A stretch of DNA of 63,913 nt, counting the filler, from Thraustochytrium aureum (Eukaryota): the NCBI GenBank assembly GCA_012862495.1. It is 5 parts of 3 records of this genome, joined end to end, with 100 filler letters (N's around TTAATTAATTAA, not from the genome) between each part and the next. Parts side by side here need not be neighbours in the genome. Positions count along the whole stretch, not along the records: positions 21,527 to 39,757 come from BLSG01000354.1; 4 more parts are not named here. One strand, 5' to 3'. Made by a program: the position numbers and the translations under genes. Position 1 is the first letter of the stretch. Each line of letters begins with the position of its first letter. The notes below the pieces were generated by a model. It saw only the letters and a list, made by a program, of their open reading frames with translations, was not told the DNA's origin and ran no database searches. This document shows, one piece after another, positions 24,566 through 35,835 of the stretch.

Positions 24566-24800
24566 NNNNNNNNNNNNNNNNNNNNNNNNNNNNNNNNNNN
24601 NNNNNNNNNNNNNNNNNNNNNNNNNNNNNNNNNNNNNNNNNNNNNNNNNNNNNNNNNNNNNNNNNNNNNNNNNNNNNNNNNNNNNNNNNNNNNNNNNNNN
24701 NNNNNNNNNNNNNNNNNNNNNNNNNNNNNNNNNNNNNNNNNNNNNNNNNNNNNNNNNNNNNNNNNNNNNNNNNNNNNNNNNNNNNNNNNNNNNNNNNNNN

Positions 24801-26334
24801 CGACGCGAGCAGCTCTGGCAGTGGGCTCTGCTTGGCGTCTGCCGCTCCCGCCGGCGCTGTTGACGGGGAGAATTGGCTCGAGATCGTTCCTGCCGGACTG
24901 TACAGTTGGACGGCCGGCGCGCCGTCCCCAGCACTAACCCCGTGGACGGAAGCGTTTATCAAAACGGGTCGCTGCGCCCCAGAACAAGGTTTGCCGCAAT
25001 CGATTCGCCAAGCGCGCGGAGACGTCGCAATCGCGGCCGAGGCCCTCTTGGCCGCCCTTGACGCCGCGGTCCGGACGCGGGTGAGGTGCAACAACGGCGC
25101 CGGCATAGCAGTCCTCTTCTCTGGTGGCGTGGACTGCGCCGTCTTGGCTGCGCTTGCTCATCGCCATGTCGCCGCGTCAGAGCCAATAGACTTGATCAAT
25201 GTCAGCTTTCGCGCAAGTGCGCCAGATAGGGCTACTGCGCTCGCGACGTGGGGCGAGCTCGTTGCCGCCATGCCGGAACGCGTGTGGAACTTGGTTTGCG
25301 TGGACGTGGAGCGCAGCGAGGTCGAGGCCAACGAGCGGCGCATTTACTCGCTGATCCTGCCGAGGAAGACGCACCTCGACTTTAGCATCGGGGCCGCGCT
25401 ATGGTTTGCTGCCAAGGGTTCCGGGCGCCTCGCCGCAGGGCCGGCCGCAGCTCCGCCCCCAGGGCTTGCAGCGGCCGCGCTCGAGGCCCTGCTTGGCGCG
25501 CAGGCGGAAGAATGTGCAACAGCGATCGCGGTTGAGTCGCCAAGCGGCTGCGAGAGGGGCACGAAGCGGCAGCTGGCCTGCGCATTGGCGTTGGAGCGAT
25601 GTAGCGGCGGCGCGCGCAGGAAGTGCGCATTCGCCGCGTGCGGGCTCTGCTGCAAGCGGCACCAGCGCGCGGAGGCGGGAACCACCAGGTGCCCCGCCCA
25701 CCCGATCAAGCCGCCCACCAGCGCGCGAGGCGGCCCCGCGGCTACTGCTGCCCTGTCTGAGGCGCAGGGCAATGCTGGCCCGGAGCAGGCCGAAAAGCGC
25801 ATAACGCGCAGCTCACAAGAGCCCGACCAAGGCGTGCCGTATTGCTCGACTGCGCGCATCCTGCTGTCCGGGGTCGGGGCCGACGAGCTCCTCGGCGGGT
25901 ACGGCCGTCACCGGGTAGCGTTCAAGAAGGGCGGGTGGGAGGCATTTCAAAACGAGCTCGACCGCGACATGCAGAGGCTGTGGCAGCGCAACCTCGGACG
26001 CGACGACCGGTGTATCGCAGACCACGGGAAGGAAGTTCGCCAACCTTTCCTGGACGAGCGGGTTCTGGCAACGGCGCGCGGACTGCCTCTCGCGGTCATC
26101 GCTGACCCGCGACTGCCGTTAGGATGCGGCGAGAAGCGCGTGCTGCGCGTCGCGTGCGCTTCGCTCGGACTTGGGGGCGCTGCACGCCTTGAGAAACGCG
26201 CGATCCAGTTCGGGTCACGGATTGCGCAACAGGCTCGCGAGCACGCGCGGGCGAGCAACCGGTCGCTGGCTGCCGAGTCGCCGTACGAGCTCTGCTCTGG
26301 GCCGGGATCGCGGAGCAAGCGCGTGGAGAGTTGA
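24801..26334 (+). CDS. ASNSD1: Asparagine synthetase domain-containing protein 1 with Cys-rich insertion; 5' end in gap
   Basis: AVLFSGGVDC, PIDLINVSF, APDR, LDFSIGAALWFAAKG.G, LLSGVGADELLGGYGRHR, RNLGRDDR, R.PFLDE, KRAIQFGSR. Confidence 0.92.
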
Positions 26335-26589
26335 GGGAGCGTGATTGCGCCGGCGTTGATTTCTCCACATCGTGCGCCGATAGCGGGAGTCGTAGGTTTG
26401 CCAAGCGCACCGCGCCTCTTGAGCTGCCCGTCTTGTGTGAAAAATGAATGCAACAGTGCAACGGTGTGTATTTGTTTCTTGCATGAGAGCTCTGAAGAGC
26501 TAGCTAGAGAGCGTCTTGCCGCGACATCGTTCAACTGGAAGCGCGGAGGTCGCGCCTTCCGTCCTTCGCGTTGTGCAGTTTCAAACCAA

Positions 26590-26820
26590 CCACTGGATGA
26601 TCACGGGCGTTTCGTGTCAACATCGCAAGGCCGTTATTCGTCGGGCTCTTCGCCATCGTCAGACTTTGGGTTGTCAGTCTGGTTCGGGATTGGGCTCGGG
26701 CGTCTTCGGCACGACGCCTCCGACGCGCGCCGCGTTGCCCCGTCACAGACTGCCTGTGGGAGGCAGCCGAATCCCTCTAGAGCGTCTTTTCCGTAGGTAA
26801 CCCAGCAACACCATGGGTCA
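26590..26820 (-). repeat. Degenerate interspersed repeat, copy B (homologous to 1590-1790)
   Basis: See copy A; additional shared peptide-like blocks KS(L/P)TNNGL and LTRN(V/A)RD. Confidence 0.75.
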
Positions 26821-26839
26821 TCAAGTGAAACGCTTATTT

Positions 26840-27670
26840 TCACAAAGATTCAGGCCGTGCGGGGCTATCGCAAAGGAATCTATAGAGCTCCTCGTGCAGC
26901 CACGGTACCGGGACGTGGTGGCCTGCGTCATGCTCGCGAGTGGCGCCACTCATTAGCGCAGCCAGCTCGACGCTCTGCTCTGAGCGGATCATTCGATCCA
27001 TCGAGCTGAAGACGTGCAGCGAGCGCATCACGGAGCGATCAAAGTCGAGGTTGCTCGCGAAAGCGTACGCCGAGCAAAACACGCCGACGCGAAGCTGCAG
27101 CTCTGCAGCCCGGTCTTTGGTGCACAGGAGGCTGCAAAGACTCGCGCCTTGGCTAAACCCAATCACGCCGTCGAAGGGGTCGCCGCTGCTCCGGTGTCGG
27201 TGGAAAACCTCCATGACGCTGTCTAACGACTCTTGCAGGCCAAAGTGCGCCTCGCCCTCGTGCTCGTGCCACCAGGCGCGCGTCTGACACCCGGGCCCTA
27301 CCTTGGCCGGATCGCGCGTTTTGCGCCGGAGCGACTTGTTCTGCCCGAGGTTCACTTTGGCCTCGACGAGGTGCGGGGCGTCCAGGCCCACGAGTTCGAC
27401 CTTGAGCTGGCACTCCCCGGCGGGGTTTACTAGCTCTACAAGAGCGTTGGGCACGGACCCGTTTTCATACCCGCCATGCATCCTAATCTTGCTCTGCAGC
27501 AGCGGCGTCGGCGGCGGTCCGCTCCCTGCGTCACTCGTTGGGAGAGCCACCGCGTCCACGACGCGTTCGCAGTCGTTCTCCGCCTTCCCGAGCCGCACGC
27601 CCGTCAGCCGCTCCACGCACACCCTTGCATTCTGGTATCGCCCATGCAGGGCGAGCAGCTTGACGCGCAT
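26840..27670 (-). CDS. FSH1/OVCA2-family serine hydrolase
   Basis: LLALHGRYQN, DAPH, RAWW, PFDGVIGFSQGA, SLHV...D, HDAGHHVP. Confidence 0.88.
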   Translation of the reverse strand: MRVKLLALHGRYQNARVCVERLTGVRLGKAENDCERVVDAVALPTSDAGSGPPPTPLLQSKIRMHGGYENGSVPNALVELVNPAGECQLKVELVGLDAPHLVEAKVNLGQNKSLRRKTRDPAKVGPGCQTRAWWHEHEGEAHFGLQESLDSVMEVFHRHRSSGDPFDGVIGFSQGASLCSLLCTKDRAAELQLRVGVFCSAYAFASNLDFDRSVMRSLHVFSSMDRMIRSEQSVELAALMSGATREHDAGHHVPVPWLHEELYRFLCDSPARPESL

Positions 27671-27769
27671 GGCCTGTCCACTCGCTGCGCGCCGCCGCCT
27701 CGCGCACTCGCGCACTGGCGCGCGGGAGCCTTTTGAGTTGTGTATCTGAACTCTTTGGAGCACAACGAG

Positions 27770-27862
27770 CTAACGAACAAAGGAACGAACGAACAAAGGA
27801 ACGAAAGAACAAAGGAACGAAAGAACAAAGGAACGAAAGAACGAAAGGAACGAACGAAAGAA
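27770..27862 (-). repeat. GAACAAAG/GAACGAAA repeat (pyrimidine-rich on the minus strand) upstream of the FSH1-like gene
   Basis: aacaaaggaacgaaag units repeated about 5 times. Confidence 0.8.
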
Positions 27863-28942
27863 CGGCCTCGGTCCCGTCCTGACCATCTCGGCTCGCGACC
27901 TCGTGGTCGCTGGTCGCGAGCTGGACTTGCTGATCACCGCAAGGCTGTGCCATCCGTCAAGTTTTGCATCATCTGGGTTTGATTGATCTGGCTGATTTGA
28001 TTCGCATTTGGCTTGTGTCGTCTCCAGCGCGCCCGCTGTGTGGCGCAGCGAGACGTCCCTGTTGTGCGGCGCCGTTTCGTTCATCTTGTTGGGGGCGCGC
28101 CTCACGTAGTAGAAGTAGCGTCGTAACGCTCATCAAACCACATCATGGCGTGGTAGGCCGTGGTCTGGTCGGCCTACTTGCTCGAGTACCACTCACCGAG
28201 TGCCTCGATGATCGACGCGACCCGCGCGATGACCACAACAAATCGAAAGGATTCCGCACCGTCCGAGTCGAGGCGCCACAAAAACATTCGTGACCTTTTT
28301 CAGAAGCTCCAGCATGACAACCACATCAAGCCGTCGCGGCCCGTCGCGGCATGAACGGAGCACAAATTGCTCTTTGTGTCACCGAGACTCTGAGGTACCT
28401 CCCGCCGCGCAGAGCGGCCTAGCAGGACTGTCCTCGTCAGATCCTCGGGATGCGTCTCGGCCCACTAGACCCTTTCCGGATACTTCGCTGGCGCGGGTGC
28501 ACCTCGTGCCCTGCGCTTGCCGGGCTTGTTTAGGGCGGTGAACCGTCGTAAGTGCGCCAACTGGGGGCAGGGAATGCGCCTTCAGGCGTTGTGCCAAGCG
28601 AGCAGCTTGCGTTGCTTGGGAGCCAACCTACGCGCCGCTCACGAGTCGCGGAGGTACTTACCGCTTGCAGGAACGACTGCCTTGCAGGAACGACTGCCGA
28701 GGCACGCCACTTACCTAGCTCGAGCTGTCCGAGTCTGCTTTCGTGCTGTGTGTCTGCACTGATCATCAGTCCACTCGCCTCGTGATGACGCGAGTGAGGA
28801 TTATTGTGTCCTCCTCAAACTCGGCCGCTTGGAGCTCTGCTCGCAGACATCGATCGTGACTTGCAGACACGAAACGCGCAGGCACGAGTGATTGCACGAC
28901 AGCCAGCAGCGCGGCAGCCAGCAAGACCAGCAGCCGGGGAGG

Positions 28943-30399
28943 ATGGGCGTGTTTTGCAAGGCGGCATGCGCCGCCGTGACGCTAGTCGTCCTTACGGGCA
29001 TCGGGCTGTTCCTGGTTGCCATCCGGCACAGCGGCACCCCGGAAGTCGAGCCCACCAAGGAGGTGGAGGCGCTCAAGGACGAAATGCGCGCCGTGCGCAC
29101 CGCGCTGGGCAAGTACGTGCACTTTAACCACGCCCCTCCGCTCAAGAGCAACCCCTTCCTGGCGCCGCCAAAGCAAGTCGAGCCTGGCAAGACGTGCGCC
29201 TTCCACTTTTTCGAAGACACCAAGGTGCAGTACCAGCTCGTCACCGTCGATGAGAGCGAGCTGGCCTCGAACAGCTCGCTGGTTCGCAACCACGAGGGCG
29301 AGTGCGGGCCCTGCAGCTCCTTGGACGACTTTGTGGTCATGTCATGGATCCAGCACAAGATCGTGCCCAAGCTCCGCTCCTACGACTACTGGTTCTGCGC
29401 CGCGGTGTCCATGGTCTCCCGCGACTGGGGCGTAGAGTGCTTTCGCAACGCCGCGTTCACCACGCCATGCGCAGAGCTCTTGCACTGGAGGTCTGTCGCC
29501 GCCACAAAGAACTGCTTCTCCAGCTGCTGGTCCAGCGAGATCCTCGAGGACTGCATGCAGCAGTGCGACGACGAAAAGTACACGGCCACCTTTGAGGCGT
29601 ACGCCGGTCGCCACTTCAGAACCAACAACAACATGCACCAGTTCAACAAGACGCTGCCCAAGATCGACGAGGCCAAGGCGACCAAGCTTGCCGCGTGGCG
29701 GCCGCCCACTTACGACGCCGCGTTCGTGGCTGACCTCAAGACCAAGGAGCTCGTCAACCCGCCTGCGGCGCCGACCACCGATCCGTACACGGACGCCTCT
29801 GTCTCGCACTGGGTCGACCCCGCAGCGGTGTGCGCGGTCAAGTTTGAGGGCTCCGACAATCGCCGCTACTCGCTCAAGACGCACCCGAGCGAGGCGCAAG
29901 CTGTCGCGAGCGGGGCCAAGGTCACGCACCACGGCGAGTGCGGCCTCTGCAGCAGCCTGCAGGACCTCGCTGTCTACGTTGCAACTCCCGACTTGACCAC
30001 GCCGGTCCGCCGCTGCTCGATCAAGCCTTTTTCAGCGAGAGCTGGGCCCGCGAGTGCTTGTACGACCTCGGCTTTTCGGAGCCATGCGCGAGCATCTGGC
30101 TCGCCAACGCGCAAAACACGCGCAAAAAATGCCTCACCACCTGCCTGTACTACATCAATGCGCCCAACAACAACTACGACGGCTCGCTTACCCCTTGCAT
30201 CCGGTGCGACGAAGAGGTTTCGGGGCCCATCTTCAAAAAGCTCTCGGCGCGGACGCGCCGCAACAGCGGGCTGTTTTCTGCGATCCTGCGCCCTGGCCCT
30301 GCCGTCGCGCACATCGTTCATGATTACCCCAAGACCAAGCCGGCTGCAGAGGGCGGCGATACCCAGGCCGCCGCAGGCAGCACGAAGGACGAGCTCTAG
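28943..30399 (+). CDS. Signal-anchored protein with two Cys-rich internal repeats; frameshift near 30030
   Basis: TM AAVTLVVLTGIGLFLVAI; repeats NHEGECGPCSSLDD...ECF...FTTPCA...C..CD...F...AGR and THHGECGLCSSLQD...ECL...FSEPCA...CIRCDE...F...SAR. Confidence 0.75.
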
Positions 30400-31132
30400 C
30401 TAGCGAAGACGGCGAGCGGCAGTTCGGCCGATTGGCCTGCGCACGATAGTGCCAAAACCGTCGGCTTGCTCGCCCTCTCAAACCCTAGGCTGCCGCTTTT
30501 GCAGTCCCACCTCGCTTCGCGGCCGGAGTCCAACTTCATGTCGCGCGCCGAGCAGGCAGGCCCGTCAAAAACACCTTTAGAGCAACAGCCCAAAGCAACG
30601 CATTTCATCCCCGACACTGCTAGGAGAGAGCAGCACTGCGCTCTGCAGAGCTCTAGAGCTCTAGCCCTAAAGAGAGCACCACCGCCGCAACCGCCTCGGG
30701 CGTAGGCAGCCCAGCCCCTTGAATGCTAAGGTGCCAGCAAGCGCTTGCTGGCCAGGCCAGGCCACAACACCCCGCCCATTTTTCGGACGCCCGTCTCGCG
30801 CCCCCAAAGCCCAAGGGCGCATTCCGGCCAAGAGCTAGAGCTGGTGCAACCTCCATGGCGGTGCCAAGCGCACCAGGCATGCGCAAGAAGGCTGTCCCGA
30901 CCGCATGGTGTGCCAGGGCTGGCTGGAGACTCGGCGAGTCGGCAGGTCCTCGATCCGTTTATCCGTTAGACGACCTCTTGCATGCGTGTTTCGTTTCGTT
31001 GGTGGTTGTTTTTCGGCCAATGCAAGCTGCCTTCAGCGCGAGCGGCTTGGCGCTGGTTGGCTCAGGCAAGCGGTGCGAGCTGGTCGAGGCTGCGGCTGCC
31101 AGCGCAAGGACCGGGCGCTGCTTGAAGCGAGG

Positions 31133-33253
31133 ATGAGCGACCTCCGCGAGATCATTTTTGGCGACGAGCCCGAGCCGAAACCGAAAGGGCGAAAAGGGGC
31201 CAAGAAGCAGGGCAGCGGCGGCAACGCCGCGCTGAGCAGCGCGATGCAAGGGTCACTGGCCCGGCTCGCGAGGGCGCCGAAGAAGAGCTTTCGCGTCGAG
31301 GACCTGGACGTCTCCACGCTCCGTCCGCTGGTGGACCTCGCGTACTGGTCGACCTTTCTCGAGGTGCGCCGCGACGCCGCGGCGGCCTTTGCAACCTTGG
31401 CAATGAACGACATGAATCTCCCTGTGCTGTCGGAAGCAGGCGCGCTTGGAGCGGTGATCGCGCTGATTGGGATCAACAACGACATGAACGACTCGCAAAT
31501 CCACCGAGATGCTGCAACCGCGCTCTCGTATCTGCTGACAATCGAGGACGTCAAGCGGCGGTTTCTCAAGGCCCCTGACGGGCTGCGGTCGATTTTCTAT
31601 ATATGCCGGTCGCCCAGCGTGGAGGTCAAGCGCGCCGCCGTCAAGGTGTTTGCCAACCTGGTGACGCTCCCAGAGACGAAATCCGCGCTGGTTGCGAGCG
31701 GCGGCGTCAAGTACCTCTTCTCGCTTGCGACGAGCAACGACGAAAAGACCAAGCGCAAGGCCGCCATCGTGCTCAAGCGCCTGGCGTCGCATCCGCCCAA
31801 CCACGAACGCATTTGCAACGATGAGAACGCGATCCGCAGCGCCATATCGCTCCTCATCGAGAGCAACGACCTGACAATCCGCCGCGACATGATCGAGTTT
31901 GTTCTCTCGATCGCAAGCGACAACGACCGCAAGAAAGTGCTCATCGACAACGGGATCTTGACCCCGTTGCTCATGCACATGGACCCAGGACACTCGTCGC
32001 TCGAGACCATCTCGCTGGTCATCAATTGCATCCACGTGCTGAGCCAGAGCCCAGACGTCCTGGAAACGATGATGGAGGAGGGCGTTGTGGAAGCGCTGAG
32101 CAAGGTCATCTTTCAAGAGCTCGCCGAAATCCGAGAGTACCGCGCAATGCGCCGAGCCCAGAAATCCCGCCTTTCCGCACGGACGCGCCAAGAGTCAAAG
32201 GAGCGCGACCTCGGTAACGCAGAGCACGGCGGAAAGGGACAGGGCGAATCCGACCGCAAGGGCGGCCGAATCAAGACGCAGGCGGAACTCGAGGAGGACG
32301 CGCTGCGGTGCGGGCTGCTCATCTTGCTCAACATGGCGTCCAGCCCCGCGCTGCGCGATGGTCTTGTGGAAAAGGGAATCGCAACTTGCTTGTACGAAGA
32401 GGCGATTCTCGAGTCCGAGGACAAGAAGATCCGACGCATAACCGCCAAGATTCTCGTCGCGGTGGCCAACTCTGACGGCCGCCCCACGGCGCGGCATGGC
32501 GCTCTGCTCGAGTCGGGCATTTTGTACCCGATCCGGCTCTTCCTGCGCTCGCCAGACTTTGTGCTCAAGACGCAGGCCGTCAAACTCTGTGCCCTGCTGG
32601 CTGTCTCTGAGGTGGTCAAGCTTGAACTTGGCCGCCACCCGGAGATCCTCAAGCTCACAACGGCGCTCTGCAACCCGCATGACGATGAGGTGAACGAGTG
32701 GGTTGCGCGCTGTCTTGCGGAGCTCTCCGACGCGCCAGCAAACTACGTTCCCATTTACAATGCTGGTGGTCTTTCGGCGCTCATCTTTTTGATCTCGCAG
32801 CGCTCCAAGAACAGGGACGTGCGCCGCGAGTCGGTGCGGTGCCTCTCGAACGTGAGCGCCAACCGGGACATCAAGCTGCAGATTGTCGCGGACGGGGCGC
32901 TCGGCTATTTGATTAGCATGGCAAAGAGCGGCACAGGACTAATCAAGCGCTACGCGCTTGCCACGCTGACCAACTTGGAGCACGACACCGCGGCCCTTCG
33001 AATCCAGATGGTCTTTCGAGGCTACATCTCGCGCAAGGTTCTTGCCGACCGCAAGGCACAGGCAGCCCAAGAGCAGGCCCAAGCGGACGCTGAGATGGAT
33101 GCCGAGGCGGCGGCTGGAGGGTCTTCTAGTCGTTCAGGCTCAGAAGAAAAGAGCGGGGAGGGCCGTTCTAGTCGGCCGGGCTCACCAGAGCATCGCGCGC
33201 ATGCAACCCAGAGCCCCGGGTCGCGCGGCCATGCAACTCGCCGGCGCAGGTAG
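31133..33253 (+). CDS. Armadillo-repeat protein (Vac8-like) with C-terminal IQ motif
   Basis: Multiple ARM repeats (VRRDAAAAFATLA, GGVKYL, NAGGLSALI, ESVRCLSNVS, DGALGYLI); IQ motif AALRIQMVFRGYISRK; start MSDLREIIFG. Confidence 0.85.
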   Translation: MSDLREIIFGDEPEPKPKGRKGAKKQGSGGNAALSSAMQGSLARLARAPKKSFRVEDLDVSTLRPLVDLAYWSTFLEVRRDAAAAFATLAMNDMNLPVLSEAGALGAVIALIGINNDMNDSQIHRDAATALSYLLTIEDVKRRFLKAPDGLRSIFYICRSPSVEVKRAAVKVFANLVTLPETKSALVASGGVKYLFSLATSNDEKTKRKAAIVLKRLASHPPNHERICNDENAIRSAISLLIESNDLTIRRDMIEFVLSIASDNDRKKVLIDNGILTPLLMHMDPGHSSLETISLVINCIHVLSQSPDVLETMMEEGVVEALSKVIFQELAEIREYRAMRRAQKSRLSARTRQESKERDLGNAEHGGKGQGESDRKGGRIKTQAELEEDALRCGLLILLNMASSPALRDGLVEKGIATCLYEEAILESEDKKIRRITAKILVAVANSDGRPTARHGALLESGILYPIRLFLRSPDFVLKTQAVKLCALLAVSEVVKLELGRHPEILKLTTALCNPHDDEVNEWVARCLAELSDAPANYVPIYNAGGLSALIFLISQRSKNRDVRRESVRCLSNVSANRDIKLQIVADGALGYLISMAKSGTGLIKRYALATLTNLEHDTAALRIQMVFRGYISRKVLADRKAQAAQEQAQADAEMDAEAAAGGSSSRSGSEEKSGEGRSSRPGSPEHRAHATQSPGSRGHATRRRR

Positions 33254-33534
33254 AGTGTGGTGCTCTACGTGCTCAGTTCTACTAGTAGAGGCTTTCTTTG
33301 AAAAAGCGAACCAATCTTGGCACTGACTGCCGCACTGCAAGTAGGAACGGACGCGGCTGGCGTTGACTAGGACACTTTCCAGGAACGAGCATGTGCTCGA
33401 GTGTGTGGAGTGAAGGTCCTCGGGTTGGCTGGTTCTCGCCAATACGAAGAGTATGTGCTAGTAGTATGTAGTAGGGTGCGCTCGATCGAGGATGCAAATT
33501 TACGATTGGTTTTTCACGTGCCTCGTCCGACAGT

Positions 33535-35105
33535 TCACTCCAGGCCATGATCGGCAAAGTACACCTCGTCGTCGCCACTCGGCAAGCCAAGGTGCTTGCT
33601 CCAGTCAAGGAGCGCGTCCACGTCATCGTCCAAANNNNNNNNNNNNNNNNNNNNNNNNNNNNNNNNNNNNNNNNNNNNNNNNNNNNNNNNNNNNNNNNNN
33701 NNNNNNNNNNNNNNNNNNNNNNNNNNNNNNNNNNNNNNNNNNNNNNNNNNNNNNNNNNNNNNNNNNNNNNNNNNNNNNNNNNNNNNNNNNNNNNNNNNNN
33801 NNNNNNNNNNNNNNNNNNNNNNNNNNNNNNNNNNNNNNNNNNNNNNNNNNNNNNNNNNNNNNNNNNNNNNNNNNNNNNNNNNNNNNNNNNNNNNNNNNNN
33901 NNNNNNNNNNNNNNGATTTCCTCTTGCGCAGCGCTCGATCCTGGCGGCGGGCAGCAGGGCTTGGTGTCAATTTCGCAGCCACCCCCAATGGCTGCTCCGT
34001 TCAAAAGCGCCGCATCCAAGGCGCCGCCAAGGCCAATCATCGGGATCGCTGGGACGGTGAGCCCGCTCGGATTGAGCGGCTCTTGAAATAAGCCTCTTGC
34101 CGTCGACGGCAGCGCTGGTCCTGGCGCCATGTCGAGCGAATAGATCCCCAGCGCTTCGTGGGAGAAACCGAGAGGCGATTGCATCGCGCTGCGATCGGTT
34201 GGTGCAGCCCCGATGTGGGGCACCGCAACGTGCGTTGGGTCTGGCCCAGCCGGCTCCATCATGTGGCTCCGCTGCGACTCGGCCTCAAACTGTTCTCTGA
34301 GGCGAGGCAGGTTCAACGCGCGCCGGCTCTGCTCGGGATTGGAAGGCAGGAACGAGTTGAACAAAAGTGCAGGCCGCGTAGGCAAAATCGCCGCCGCAGG
34401 CTTGCTCTGCGTCGTATCCTCTACATGCGCCGAACCAGGCACTCTGAACAATCCGATTCGACCGTCTGGGGTCGCTGCCGTCGTGTCGCTGGTCCACCCG
34501 CGGCAGGTCTCGGTAAGGTCGAGGCTCGAGTTGCTGGCGTTTCCCTGGTTGCTGCTGTGGAGTTGCATGCTTGCCAAGCTCACATCGGCCGAGCCTGTCG
34601 ATTCAGGGCCCGGGAGCGGCGCAGCGTCGCCGCCCTTGTTCGGGTTGCCGCCAAGGTGCAGCATAAAGTCTGCCTTGCGGCGCTCGAGCTGATTGATCTT
34701 GGCAGGCTGGCGCTCGCGACGCGCTTGCACGAGACGGCGCTCCTTGCTGCGTTCCTCGATCGCCCTCGTGCGGTTCGGGTCCAGGTCGAAAGCCGAGACC
34801 CCTGGCCGAACGGCATGCTCGGCAAGGAACTGCTCGAGGATCTCCTGCTGCTTTTGAGGCGCGTCGCCCACTGAGGCATTTTGGAGCGCGTGAACGAGTC
34901 GAGCAATGGCAGCTTGGTCAACGCCTTCGAGGCTTTGCGCCGCGTCAACGGTCGAGGACTCGTTTGATCTCGCAGAGAGCCGCGAGTCTGCGCGCTCGTC
35001 TGCGCCAGGCTCCCGCGCTGGCGGGCCTTTGCGCGCTTGCCGAGGTCGGCGCTGCCCGCCCACGGCCTGGGCGAGGCGGTACTCTTGCCACGGTCCAATA
35101 TACAT
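33535..35105 (-). CDS. Hypothetical protein spanning gap 33635-33914
   Basis: Long ORF starting MYIGPWQEYRLAQ; after the gap a plausible C-terminus DDDVDALLDWSKHL...DHGLE*; no family assigned. Confidence 0.6.
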
Positions 35106-35601
35106 TCCTGTTCGCGCGTTTGGAAGCACGAGCGGGTCAACGCGTTGCGTTGACGTGCCAACGTACGTTTGGCGGGCCGGGTACTTTCTGCGCCTCGGCA
35201 GCGCTCGAATACCAGAGCTGCTGCTAGCGTTGCGTGGCTGCCCGGCGCGTTCGCGGCGCGCAATGCAGGCTCGACGACAAGAACACTACAGGATTGACGA
35301 GCTCGATCCGTTCCAAATTGGGAGGACACAGATGCGCGTTTGCCGGCGTCGAGAGCAGAGCAGGACAGAGAGGGCCTCGGAGCGAGCGCTGGACGCTCGC
35401 ATCCTTGCAGAGGAGCGCTACCCAAGCCATTGACAACGGTTTGAGGCGAGGAGATGTGAGTGAAACACCACGACCCACTTCCACATCATCTCAGCAGAGG
35501 ACGAGCGTGACAGCACAATTTTAATTAATTTATTAACCTGAGCGCAGAGGGGTGTGCTATAGTGCCAGCGCCGCGGCCGAGGGCGCGGGCCTGCCTGCCA
35601 A

Positions 35602-35672
35602 ACATGCACGCTTCCTTCAGCTCCGCGAAGCGAAAGACATGCACGCTTCCTTCAGCTCCGCGAAGCGAAAGA
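35602..35672 (+). repeat. 35-bp direct tandem duplication
   Basis: acatgcacgcttccttcagctccgcgaagcgaaag x2. Confidence 0.9.
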
Positions 35673-35835
35673 GGCCTTGGCACGGGAGTTGTGAACATCG
35701 AACGGATAGTTTGGTTAGGGTGCGGGTCAAATATGATCAGGGTTGTGAAGTCGACAACGCAGAAGGCGGTCGGTCATCTGCAATGTCGCGGCATTCGTTG
35801 ACGGGGGGTTGGCGCTTGTGCGGCTGGCGCTGGAG

